A stretch of DNA of 64,000 nucleotides from Yuukianura sp. NJ FZ-2021 (taxonomy: Eukaryota), in NCBI GenBank assembly GCA_046563655.1, contig CM102286.1, forward strand, positions 13,826,001 to 13,890,000, read 5' to 3'. The notes beneath the pieces were generated by a model that saw only the letters and a program-made list of their open reading frames with translations, did no database searches and was not told the origin of the DNA. A program made the translations under genes and the position numbers. Position 1 is the stretch's first letter, and each line of letters opens with the position of its first letter. This document shows, in pieces, positions 27,677 to 39,500 of this stretch.

Positions 27677-30134
27677 TTATAGTAATGGTCATAACATGGG
27701 TGACTGATATGTGTTTTGTACAAGTATAAAAATTAGTATCGCAATGCTTCGTAAATGTTACGATTTTTTCAAAATGTCAAAACAGTTTGGAAAAATTGCA
27801 AACTCGTGAAGATTGAGCTAGTTTTTCGAAACCAAAAGAATTTTGGCATGCTTTTTCTGCTTTTTTTTTTAAATTTGGAGCTGTTGAAAATTTGTTTTTG
27901 TAAAATCCTAAACAAATTTGAAAATTGAAATTCTGGTGAAACTCATCACTTTGAGGTTTTTTGGTTTGCGGATACACGCTCTGATGTTTGTTTAAACCTA
28001 ATGTGACCAATGTACATTTGGAATTAGGTTTTTAAGTTAGGCTTTTAGGTTTTTGTGGGTCAAAGACACATGTAGGGTTAATTAATTCCGAAAAACCCGA
28101 AATTCGGGGTTTTTACTTTAGAGAAGGCAATGCCCTGGAGAAAGTGAAAGTGCGGGAAGTTACGTTAGGTTTTTAGCTTTACAAATCCTGTAGAAGTGGG
28201 ACTTTAATCCCTTCAGACCTGAAACACAGAAAAAGTAAAGGAAAAACTGGAGGCTGAACAGATGAAATGGGTTTTAAATCTCATGTGAAGATCAACTGAT
28301 GTAGAAAGGAGATTTCAAACGGAGAACGTACTGTCCTACCTTTATTCTGCTCATGTTTAGAAAAAAAAGCTTTTCTAAAAAACGGTTTTTTAAAAAAGCT
28401 TTTTTAGAAAGAGAGAAAAAAGTCGCCTTTAGTTTTAAGATTTAACGGACAGACGCTTGGGAGTAGCTGAAAGGAAGAAAATAGGAAACGTCATCATCTT
28501 CTTTTACACGAGAGTTTAAGTAACTATTTATGAAAAGAACTGAATCATCTACAACGTTTTTCTTTTCTTTGACTTATGTATACTTTGCAACTTTTTTAGA
28601 AAAAGTTATCTCGAGGGATTTTCAAAAAACTTTGAATTTTTGAGACAAAAAAGTACTTTCCGCTTTCACGCATTTAAAAAGGTGTAAAACATTCAGGAAA
28701 TACAAATGAAGTTCTACTTTTTTCACTTATTGTTTTCTTTATCTCAAATGCTGAACTTTTATAAAACTTTTTTTGAACAACAAAAAAAGTTTTTTCATAA
28801 TCTTACTTTGCTACAAAAATGAATGTGTTCGACAAAAGTTAGAAAAGTTTCGAATTTGTTAAACTTTGCGCCGCTTTAAACATTATGAAAAATTAGAAAT
28901 TGGGAACTTCGTTTTCTCCAAATTTGCTGCCTCTCTGTTGTGTATTTGACGTTTCATGCGTCGCCCTAATTTTTAAACAATCGTTGTTCAAACAAAAAAT
29001 TTTTTGTTGAACTTTTTTAAAAATAATAATTGTAACTTGTGAAAAGTAGACATTTTGGACAGATACAGTTAGCAGATTCATAAAAACCAAAATTTATGTG
29101 TTTTAGCCTTATGTAGCTAGTCAACGTTCACATCATAAATTGAACTGCAGAGTTTGTTTTTTCTAAAGATTTTAAGACGAGATTTGAAGGAAGTTACCAT
29201 TACCCTTGTTATCCCTACGGTTTTAAACTTTTTCTTGTGTAAATTTTATACTTTTTTAACACCGTTTAACATTGCACATGCACATGCGCGCACAACTCTA
29301 AACAAACCATGTATAAATTTTTGTGCACATTTTGTACAAACCATGCGTCTCGTAAAACTGCTCCAGACAATGATTGACTTTTCCATCTGATCCACCGGAC
29401 ATTGTGCAGATGCAAGCGATAAAACTTAGTTTCTGGAAAAATCGTTGTTTCTGCTCATCCAAAAAACGTATTCTGCGCATCCTAATTTTTTATTCCACGC
29501 ATCATTACTTTAGCATGCTGCCCTTTGCAGATAACGTCGATTTAATTTGCGATGCACTTGAAAAGTCAGGCTAGAATTCCATTTGTTCTAAGTTCGTTTT
29601 CTTTTGTTCAAATAAGTCGCCGAAAAGTCCAATTACAAAAGGAACTGCAGAGAGGGGGAGCTTTGAATTGGAAGTAGCTCGCGTTTTTTAAAAATTCATG
29701 AACGTGCGGTAATGAGCAAGAGGAAGGACAATTCTAACGATTGGAACTTTAGAGAGTACAAAACAATTGAATTACGCTGGACTCAAAATAGAGTTGGAGA
29801 ATGTGGTTTTGGAACCATGAGTGTTGACAATTTTGAAATAATTTATTCTTGCCGCCGTTTCTCTCCTTGAAGCGACGAGCGCTGACTGTCATCGTGTCTT
29901 TTTACGACAAACGATTCACTCACTCCGAGTTCCTTTGAGTAAATATTTGGGACCACCTTCAAGTCTAAACTCTTTTGAATTTTAAAAAACGCAGTCTCAT
30001 TTTGTCAAACACTAATTATCAATTTATAATTAACGAATTGAATAGCTTATGTTTCTATGCTATTCAGTTTGTTACATTAACTCACTTTTGAACTTCACAC
30101 TTCCAGACAAGGTTCCTTTGACAACGAAAAGTTA

Positions 30135-30367
30135 ATTTTCTTTAACAGGTTGGGTACTACCTCGCTTGTTGACAGAAAAACACAAAAAAAAAATTAGTAG
30201 CAATTTTAGTACCAATCCGAAAAATTGCTACCAATTTGTATGTAAAATTAAAAAAAATTGGGCTGTATTGTTGTGACTACGATGCCCTGAAATGAAAAGG
30301 TACTTTTTTTTTTTTGCAAAATCAATATAAAAAAACATGAGGTATTACCCAACCTGTTAAAGAAAAT
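30135..30367. mobile_element. MITE-like element, 233 bp, with 29-bp terminal inverted repeats
   Basis: 30135-30163 ATTTTCTTTAACAGGTTGGGTACTACCTC matches the reverse complement of 30339-30367 with 1 mismatch. An internal 17-bp inverted pair lies at 30191-30207 / 30221-30237. Confidence 0.6.
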
Positions 30368-31890
30368 AAAAGTCAGCAAACCTTGCTTCCAGAGAAAGTG
30401 TTTTGGTTGTCACCAGTAGGGCCCATTGGTTTTACAAAATGTCTGAAGGGCCCCTACGCTTTTCGGGGTGACTTGAGATTTAGGGGGCCCTTTGGACCTT
30501 GAAAGTCTAAGGCCCGTTTCAGGAACTTTTGGAGCCTGAACAAATCAAAGCTGCTCGTCCCGTTGCAGTGCTAAAGCAAACTCTCAACTCTTAAAAGTTG
30601 TTCGATCCAAACGGGCTGAGGTTCAGTCGAGGTTTGACGTTGTTGGAGGAAGGAAGGTGTGCGTTGTGGGTTCGAATCTCGCTGGGTGCAAAGTTTTCAA
30701 AAAAGAGGAAACAATAGGAAGTAGTGTTGTGTTCAAAAATTACCACTGGAAAGCATACTGCCGCTATTACGAATTCAAAAAGTTATCAATTAATTAAAAG
30801 TTTGTCTTTTTCATTTCAAGTTTTTTGAAATTGGTGCACGCCTTCTCTCGATAGTTTTGAAAAGCAAAAGTGAAAACAAAAGTTTCACAGAAATCAAAAT
30901 TTGGAACACACAAAAAGTTACAAAGTTTGAAAAGAGCAGCGTGAGACTTTTCGTGTTCAAAAAAAGTTTTTGCCGTTGGACAAAACATTTCTGCCGCTGG
31001 ACAAAACGATTTTGTCTTTTGTTTTTTCTCTCAAACTTTCGTCGGACGAGTGAAAAAGATTCATTAGTCTCCGTCTCATTAAAGTTTTTTTTTCTTCGTT
31101 TTTTTCGAAATGAACAATTTTTCGATCTTGATCTAAACGCCGTGGGGCTAATGACAAAAAAAAAGTGAAGCAAGTAATCGGTTCTCTGCACGCTACTGTC
31201 AAAATCTATTCAAAATCAGCAGTGTGCTTCTGTTTCCCATCAAATTTTCTGGACGAAAAGACAATAGGCACATCTCGTTAGTAGAAAACAACAAAAAAGC
31301 TTAAGCTTTCCCTGGACACTTCTGGACAGCAGGTGATAAGCCTAAAACTTTCAGTTTTTCGTTAACAAAAGGAAATTACTTGAGAGATTAAAGCTAAATG
31401 TGAAAACAGCGTCCATTTTAGCACAAGCGGAGAATTGTGTCAGAAAAGCTGCTGGCAGTACTGTCTCGTGTGCGGTTAAATTCTGCGATTCAGCCGAGAC
31501 GTGACACCCCAAAACGAGAAAGATTTATTTGTCTTCATTCCGACGCTTTCCAAATTGAACTTGGAGTTTAAGCTTTGGCAAACGGAAGACAAAAGCGGAA
31601 AAGCTTCCCCCAGAATCCTTAGAACGTGAAACCTTAATTCGACTTTTGAAAACCTTTTGGCTCGCCGTGCTAAAAAGTTTATCGCACTTCCGCAGCTTGT
31701 GAGAGAAACACCGTGAAAATCCGGGAGAATTCAAATGATGAACTGCGGTGGTGCGGTTGAAACAAAAGGAAATCCTGGAATGAAGTGATTAATATCATCC
31801 GGAAACAAAGAAAGTGCGTGGAAGCGCTTCGGTTCTAATTTAAAACAGAATTTAGTTGTTGGGCGATTTTGTCCAAAAAACTGGAATTTC

Positions 31891-31989
31891 TTTCAAAATT
31901 GCATCTTTGAACTAAAATTTGTTTCAAAATTGCATTTTTGAACCAAAATTTGTTTCAAAATTGCATCTTTTAACCAAAGTCTGTTTCAA
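31891..31989. repeat. Tandem repeat, 31-bp unit x3
   Basis: TTTCAAAATTGCATCTTTGAACTAAAATTTG repeated with few substitutions. Confidence 0.85.
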
Positions 31990-33269
31990 CTCAACCGGCT
32001 TTTTTGGAAAACCAAAATAACTGTACTTTTTTTCCTTCCGTGTGAATTGAATTGTAACGGTTTTGGTCGATAATCGAAAAAATGTAAGTGCGTGGCAAAT
32101 TTCAAGTAATTTTGAAACAGATCAGAGAAAAAAATTGAAATAGAAACGGCGACAGTGACACACCGGTCCCGGTTCTCATTTTTTCTTTGTCTTACAAAAG
32201 ACACAGAAGGCACTTAGTGAAAATAGGTTTAAGCGCTTACTAGCTTAGTGGTAGATCGAGCGGTGGCGGGAAAAGAAGCGTCAAGCGAAAAACAAATTGA
32301 TAAAAGTGCCTATCGCTGCCAATTTCTTTTTCTTCTTGTAAGAAAAAAGAAAAGTTAAGTTCCCAGATAGAATTTTTTCAACCCGCACCCCATGTTACAC
32401 TCACTTTGTTGTTCTTTTCCAAAAAAAATTCTTTTTGCACAAAAAAAATCTCCTGGTGAATTTTGGTTTTGTTCTCAAGCCAATGAATGTCTTGGTCTGA
32501 CTCTTTGACAGGTCAAAATTACTTTAGACACTTAGACTAAATAGGAAGTTGGACTGTTAGCTTTAGGTTAGGCACAGTGTAGCACTGGAACAGTGTAACA
32601 TTGGAATAGCATGGCAATGGCACTAAAAAGAGAGAAAAGACAATAGAAATTTGGAACGAGTTAAGTCGTTTATCCCACTGCCACGGTTGCCCATTTTCAT
32701 CAAAACACTTTCTCAATGTCTAACTAACTTTCTCTCCCAGAACCCATTTTCCTAACGACTAAAACTCTGACTTGGAAAAAAAACCGCTGCCGAAAAAAAA
32801 TAACTAGCCATCGGCATCAAAAATCCGGCTCAAGTTAAAGCTCTGCTGATCATCAATTTTAGAAGTTAGAGGAAATAGGCAGAAGGAGTAACTATAAATG
32901 AACTCTAACAAAGTTGGGATTTGGGAAAAAAATTGTATTTTGTGCCGACTACTGAGAGAAAATAAGTTTTCACGCTCATTTTCCTTCTGATTGGTGTGAG
33001 ATCATCTATTTTATTTTCACGCTGAGGCAGTGCACAAAAGTACAAAAGGAACAACTTCCAGCCCATAAAATCCAATACTTAGTTTTTTGTATACTTAGGT
33101 TTAGGATTAAGCGGGGCAAAGAGGAGTATCGAACTTTAGCCATTTACAAAAAATAGACAAGACAACTACTAAACTTTGGCCCATCACGACATACAAACTA
33201 ATACTGTTTCCTTATTTTTTTCAGAAAAAAAAGTTTTGGCGGGAAAAGTTCATTTTGTGAGACAAGACA

Positions 33270-33554
33270 ATGATGACGGGAATTAAGAGTGACATAATGG
33301 AGAGACCGGAAAGTCAACAATTTGTTCCTGTCAGGAAAATCAAAAAGATAAACGGAAGAAAAAGTGCCGATGGTTGGACGGCCAGACAATTTAACTTTGC
33401 CTTTGTAGCAGTCATCGGCATTTTTCTGACTCAGAACTGCGCAGAAGCAACTTCAGTTCGAATCAATTCCAATGGAGGTTATGAAGACATTGTGGTGTCG
33501 ATTGGAAAAGAAGTTCCGCCAATTGCATGTCAGCAACTCATTCAAAATATCCAG
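33270..33554 (+). CDS. CLCA-like coding exon 1 (basic N-region, hydrophobic signal segment, start of mature protein)
   Basis: In-frame TGA just upstream of the ATG; FNFAFVAVIGIFLTQNCAEA|TSVRINSNGGYEDIVVSI; donor CAG|GTAAGA at 33555. An upstream acceptor (CTAAT...TTTTTTTCAG ending 33224) implies further 5' UTR exons. Confidence 0.88.
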
Positions 33555-36500
33555 GTAAGAAAAAAAAAAGTTTTCTAATTTTTGAACTTTTACATTTTTA
33601 AATTTCGCTTTTCGAAAAAGTTCTAAAAGGAGAGTTGAAAACCCTATTTTAATTTCTAAAATCTAGAGCACTTTTAAATTACTGGCAAGTGCCACACCCA
33701 AAATATTCATAACACACTGTATGGGTGGTTTTAGAGATTGGGTGTTTTTTTTTCTCCAGAAATTTTGAAAATTCGCGCCTTTTTGAAAGTTCGAGCTAAA
33801 AGTGGGCAAAGTAATTTATGACGGACTCTATCTTTCCATCTTCACGTTTACTTTCATCCTCTATTCTTTCGGTTTATACATATGCTATGCATGTTACGAA
33901 ATTTATAATAAGGAAAACCTCCACTTTCTCTGTGGAAAAAGTGAAAGCAAAAGTAACAATTGGAAATCAATATTTTTGAAGCTTTTTTTCTTAAGCTTTT
34001 CCTCCTACCAGAAAGTGGGGCTAATAGTATAATGTATAAGGTGTGAGGGGAAAAGGGAGTGAAAGTGAGTGGGGAGATTTCATTTGGTACAATATTTTAG
34101 GTTTTAGTTGGACACTAATTCCTCCTAGGTTCTAAATGACACTTTTCCCACTTCTACCCCCAAAGCACTTCAATTCATTTACCTTAATTAAAAAGTCGCC
34201 TTTCCACAACTAATAACTTACTTTCACTCGAATTTGATTGGATTTTGGCCTCTAATCTTCCAACTTTCACTTCAACATTTCAACGCCCAATGCTTCCAAT
34301 AGTAGGTTGAAGTAGGGACTTCTACATTGTGTACCCATGCAAAATATTTTGCATTTTCTCTCCACCCATGCATTTATCATAGTATCCATAATTCTTCCTA
34401 ATCCTAATCTGTAATCCTAACCTACTTTATATTTGTTTTAATGAAAAACCTAAGCTAGTCTAATCATGTCTAAAAACTTTACTGAAACCAAATCGAAGCT
34501 TTTTTTAGAACTGTTTATATCATTTATTTAATATTTTATTTCAATTTTAATTTTTACTGATTGGTGGGTACAAGCGTGATGTCAGCCTTACTCCAACCGA
34601 ATCCCTTTGGAAAAATTTATTAAGCACTAATCTTTATTGTCATCGGAGTAAGTACGCGTATCATGCACATATCGTGTGAACAACAGAGAAAGTGGAGGGG
34701 TGGGGGGATGATTGAGAACAAAGCAGTTTAGCAGGATTAATAAGATTGAAAGTGGAGGGGGGAGCAGATGAGGCGCGAAAGTTTGAGATTTGGCTTTATC
34801 TGGAGACATTTCCAGCATCTTCGGAATCTGGAAGAGGTCCTGGAGGAAAATGGGGGCATGAAGGGGGGGGGGTATCCCATTTTCTTATTAAATAGAAGAG
34901 GGGGAGAAAGTTCAGAGGTTGGGTTCAATTTCCTTGAGACTTTTAGTACTTGCTGTACTAGGTGCCTTTGAGAAGGGAAAAGAATGAAATTTATTTATTT
35001 CTTGAAAGAAATCTTGTTTGCAGTAAAAATGATGAGGGAAAGCATGGGAAAAGTCAAGGGCCTTAGTGGCAGTGTGGCTGTTCCGAATAGCCATTAAGGG
35101 TCGTGTCCCTTGATGGGCCCTTAAGGTCAGACGTCTTCAATGGGATCGTAAAGATGAGTGAAAAGTGGGGACTTGAGGTCTTGGTCCAACCTTAATTCTA
35201 CACCATACTGTTGAGCACTGTTCCCCTTTTACGCATGTTCACGTAATACGTGTGTAGTACATACACTCGGAGTCATTTTTATTAGACAAAGGCCATTTGT
35301 TCCTTTGTGATTGCGTAGGTTGGTGACATCTGACCATTTCTGCAATAACACTCAACCACAAACGTAATATCCAACTTATTTTTTTGTTTGGCCACAACTT
35401 CATAAAAACAATTTCCAAAATTACTACTTTTTTCTTGGTTTTTTCCAGAAAATAGTGGAAATTTTTTCTGAGATTTTTGTAGTTACATAAATGATCTACC
35501 CGAAGCCCTTAAAGAATTTTTGAATTTGTGAAAATTTTTTGAATTTTCGCATTTCAGTTAAAGTGCTTTTCAATTACAGTTTGTTTTTAGTTTGCTTAAC
35601 TGAGGGTTAATTTTGGAAGGATAAAAAAAATTTGAAAGCGGGAGTTCTGAAATTTTAATGTTTTTTTTTTGAAAAACTTCAATCGAGCGCCATTTTGACG
35701 CACAGTGGGCTGCAGGGAATTTGTTTTTCGGGTTGAGTGGGCTGAAATTTTATGAAAAAAAAAATTGTGCGTGTAAGTTGTAAAGCATGGACAACAAACG
35801 GTCGTTTGGAAGCGTCGCTGAAAAGCTTTAGTCGCAGCGGCAGAGTTTAACTGTGTGCAAATAATTTTGAAATGGGTTGACACATGTAGGGAGACACTTT
35901 TTTCATTTCTTGAAAACATTACGTCGGCAGTAGCTCTAGCAGCATTTCATTCGTTGAGGGAACAGCCAGTAGCTTAGGGAATGGCGCAATTTTTTGAAAA
36001 GCGATGGTCCATAACCCTCTTTCTTGTGCTCCCAGAAGAAGTCGTGAGCATGAAGTTTACCTTCTTGCTTCATTGCTTCCAGAATGGAGCGAGAGTGACT
36101 GGATTTAGTTATGCGTGAGAACACTTCATCATCAAGACGCTTTTCGCACCTGAGAGCACGATCAGCCGGAAACTGCTGCTTCACGACTTCAGTTCCCAAA
36201 AAAGATTTCACTGATTTCTCAAACGGAGGTGAAAATTCCTTTGTTCTGGAGAGTTTTTGAAAATTTTTCAAAGGGGTGAATGACCTGTAGGCCGAAATCC
36301 AAAAACAACAAAAGACTTTTTCTTTTTTCCTCAAAATCAGTTCCACGCACTGTTTAACGCCTTTTTTTCTGCCAAGTTTTCCAAAATTTAAAAAACTTCG
36401 TTTTTGAAAAATAGAATTGAACAAAAAAAATTTATTTCACAGTTATGTGCGTAGCATAAAAAAGTAGTCGAAATTTTTTCAAAATTTGTGACGTTGGACA

Positions 36501-39500
36501 TAAGTCAAATGTAGGTCAGCGGGTCAATAGTTTCCAAAAAAAAATTCTGGAAAGTGTGTAACTTTTTTTTTCTCGGCGCTAAAAAAAACAAAAGAGTGAT
36601 TTGGATTTGTCGTGACAAAAGAAAGTGTTTAAAAAATCGTGTGAATGGGTCGGTGTTATTACCAATTCTTTTGTGTTATTTTTTGCTTTTATGTTTTTTC
36701 GTTTCACTTGTGCTTTGTCTTCAAGGTTTTTTTTGCAAGTGAAACACAAAGATGATCGTATCGGTTTTTTCTTTTAGCGTTTCATTTTGGCCTTGGTCTT
36801 TTATGATCGATATACTTCCAGAAACGAGTGTTTTGAGGTGTAGGAAATTAATATTCGTGTGTCAGAATGTTCCTAATTTGGAACATACAACGTTCTATGC
36901 CTTATTTCAACCAAAGTCACCACGAAAGCCTCAATTCAACCACCAGTTTTTATTAAAATTGCACTTTGGAGTTGATAGTCAAAGGAAATTAGTGCAGGAG
37001 CACGTCAGATTGAGTTTAGAGCTTTTTCTTTTGGCAAAGGCGCGGGCAGGAAAACTTTTAAATTTTGAACTTGGACTGGCGCCTCCATTTTCTCAAAATT
37101 TGTTCCACAAAGTTTTAATTTGTCTTTTAGTTTTAACTCTTAATGCTCAACACTACGTGTTTTCTTGAAAGTTTTCCAGTTTTTGGAGAAACTGGAGCTT
37201 TAGCAGTAACTGTGTATCTTAAGAGAGCCAAAGTTTAAATGAATTTCAAAAAGTGGAGGGCGGGCCAGTTTGAATTTGTTGAAATTCGAAAAGTCTTTAG
37301 ACTAATCCTCAAGAAAAGTCTGGTCCATGACCAATGTAATCATCTAGGGTGTTCGTTCTTGGAGGGAGTAACTATTTCTGTACAAGTCCATAAGTAAATA
37401 GAGGAAAGTTTTAGTTGTAACAAACGGGAAAATGGTGCTGGAGGAAATAGAAAGTTGGAACCAATCTTTTGGTGGATCCTGGGAAATTAAATGTTATGGA
37501 ATGAAATGAATTTCATTCGGGAGGGGAATAAAGTGCGGACGGAATGGAAAGCTCTTGTCCATGTTTTTGCCTCCATTTCACTTCTGTCGGGTTTTGTTTA
37601 CCATGCTTTGAGTCTTCCTTGGTTCCATTGTCATACCGAGACACTTTCGAACGGTTAGAGGTGTACCGGCATTCAAATGGACGGTGTTCTATGAACGGTA
37701 ACTTATGGACGGCGACATTTTGAAATTTTTGATTAATTTTCGTTATGATCCGTGTACATAAGTGGCCGTTCATCAGAACGACGGTTCAGAAGTTCCCGTC
37801 CAGAAGAGTCCGGGAATCGCCTATGTTAGTTTTGTGCCTACCGTATGTTTTTGGGTTTGGTTTACATTAGGCTCAAGTCCTTTTACTCACGTTTTCAGTC
37901 CAAATCAGAAACGCTAAATGTGCGGAATGACTCAATATGGAACCGTGGCTCTGAATCTTAAAACAGAAAGGGAGAGGGATGAAAGGCTGGAACTGGATTT
38001 GTTTTGGAGAGAGAACGCTCAGAGTAGCTTGTTCTAAAAACTTGTTCTGAAAAAACTGTTGAAAAGGAGGAAGTTGTGCTTAGACATACTATTCATGGTT
38101 ACTTACTACCCGTAACATAGGGAAAAGAGCGCAGAGTGGAAGCTTTGAAAGTGGAACGTAAATAAAATGGAAACGGTTTTCTAAATGTTACATAATGTGT
38201 CTCCTACAACTTAAAACAGGACTGGAAATTGTGCACTTTTCTAATGGAACTCAAACGGACCGTCGTCCAGAGTCCTAAATGTTAACATTTGAAAATGAGC
38301 CATTTTGAAAAAGTTACGACGCGTTTCAAATTTCGAGGTAACTCGTAACTTCAAAAACTCAACCTGCTATTTCCAAAATTTAAATTTGAAAATTAGAATT
38401 CGATATGCACACACATTCATATTCCATGTTGGATTTGGATAAAGTTGCGTACCTCGGTTTAGGCAGCGCTGTAGAGGTACGTGCTGACGGTGTAGGAAAC
38501 ATGGTTAGCACTATTACAACCGGAACGTGTATCGTTTTTCATATTTTCCCGCCTTTTTCAAAATTTTTAAAATAGTTTTTTTTTGAAAACCAAACATTCA
38601 AGAACAGTAATAACAGTTTTCAATCAAAATCAAAAGCAAGTGTGATTGGATGTGAAAAAATAATGAAATTGATAACAAACGAATGAAAAATTTGAACTTT
38701 TCGTTTGTTTTGTACTTTTCTTTTTATTTGTTTCGAATTTCAGAAATTCAATTTCTTTATATGAGAAATTTACAAGGCAGTTTGACCTTTCCAAAAAAAA
38801 ATAAAAATGTTAAAAGTCAACTTGTTTTTGTGACCTTTTAGCAAAAGCAAAGAAAAAAATTCAAAAAATAAAATGACACGAGGAAACATTTTGGCTGAAA
38901 AACAACTTTGGAGTGGAAAGAGGAAGATGATGAGACAAAGACGATACAAATAAAAAGTTTTGTGGAAAAGGAAACACAAAGTTGACTTTGTGTGTTCATA
39001 AACTGAAAGAGATTCAACGTAATCAAAAGCTTTTTTTTATTTTCAAAATGAAAAAAACTTGATTTAAAAACTGAAAATTCCAAGAATAAAACAGAGTTGT
39101 CTTTTGATTTAATTACGAAACAAGGGAAGGCTCCAACCAGAAACTTGAGAAGAGTCAAGGGGGAAAGTCATTTTAAACTTTTTAGTCCAACTTGAAATGA
39201 TTTTCCACAAGTCTTTTCAACTTGTTCAGAACAAGTTTTTAGAACAAGCGACTGTCTCTGTCTCCCTTCCTCTGACAACTATTTGAATCTGGCCAAACCT
39301 TTGTTCTAAAATGCCTTTGACATCTTCCATTTCCCGTTTTATTGTCTTTGTGTGCTGCTGGATGTGGGTGTCTATTTATTGCACATTCCCATGTCAAGTT
39401 AGGAGCTCGGTCTGATGTAACTGGGGCGACACGCGTCTCTAATGTGTCACTCTTTTTCTAAATTATTTTGAACATTTTGAAACTAACATTTTGAAAAGTT

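Noticed and set aside
5428..33200. Dozens of 60-150 aa ORFs in the ORF track (e.g. 10386-10775, 14370-14726, 20425-20920, 30811-31191)
   Set aside because: They are Lys/Phe/Asn-biased translations of poly-A/T runs, often with non-ATG starts, no recognisable domains and no consistent splice structure.
34686..34905. G-run cluster as a potential G-quadruplex or coding region
   Set aside because: The G-runs are mostly far apart, and the overlapping ORFs are low-complexity; insufficient support.
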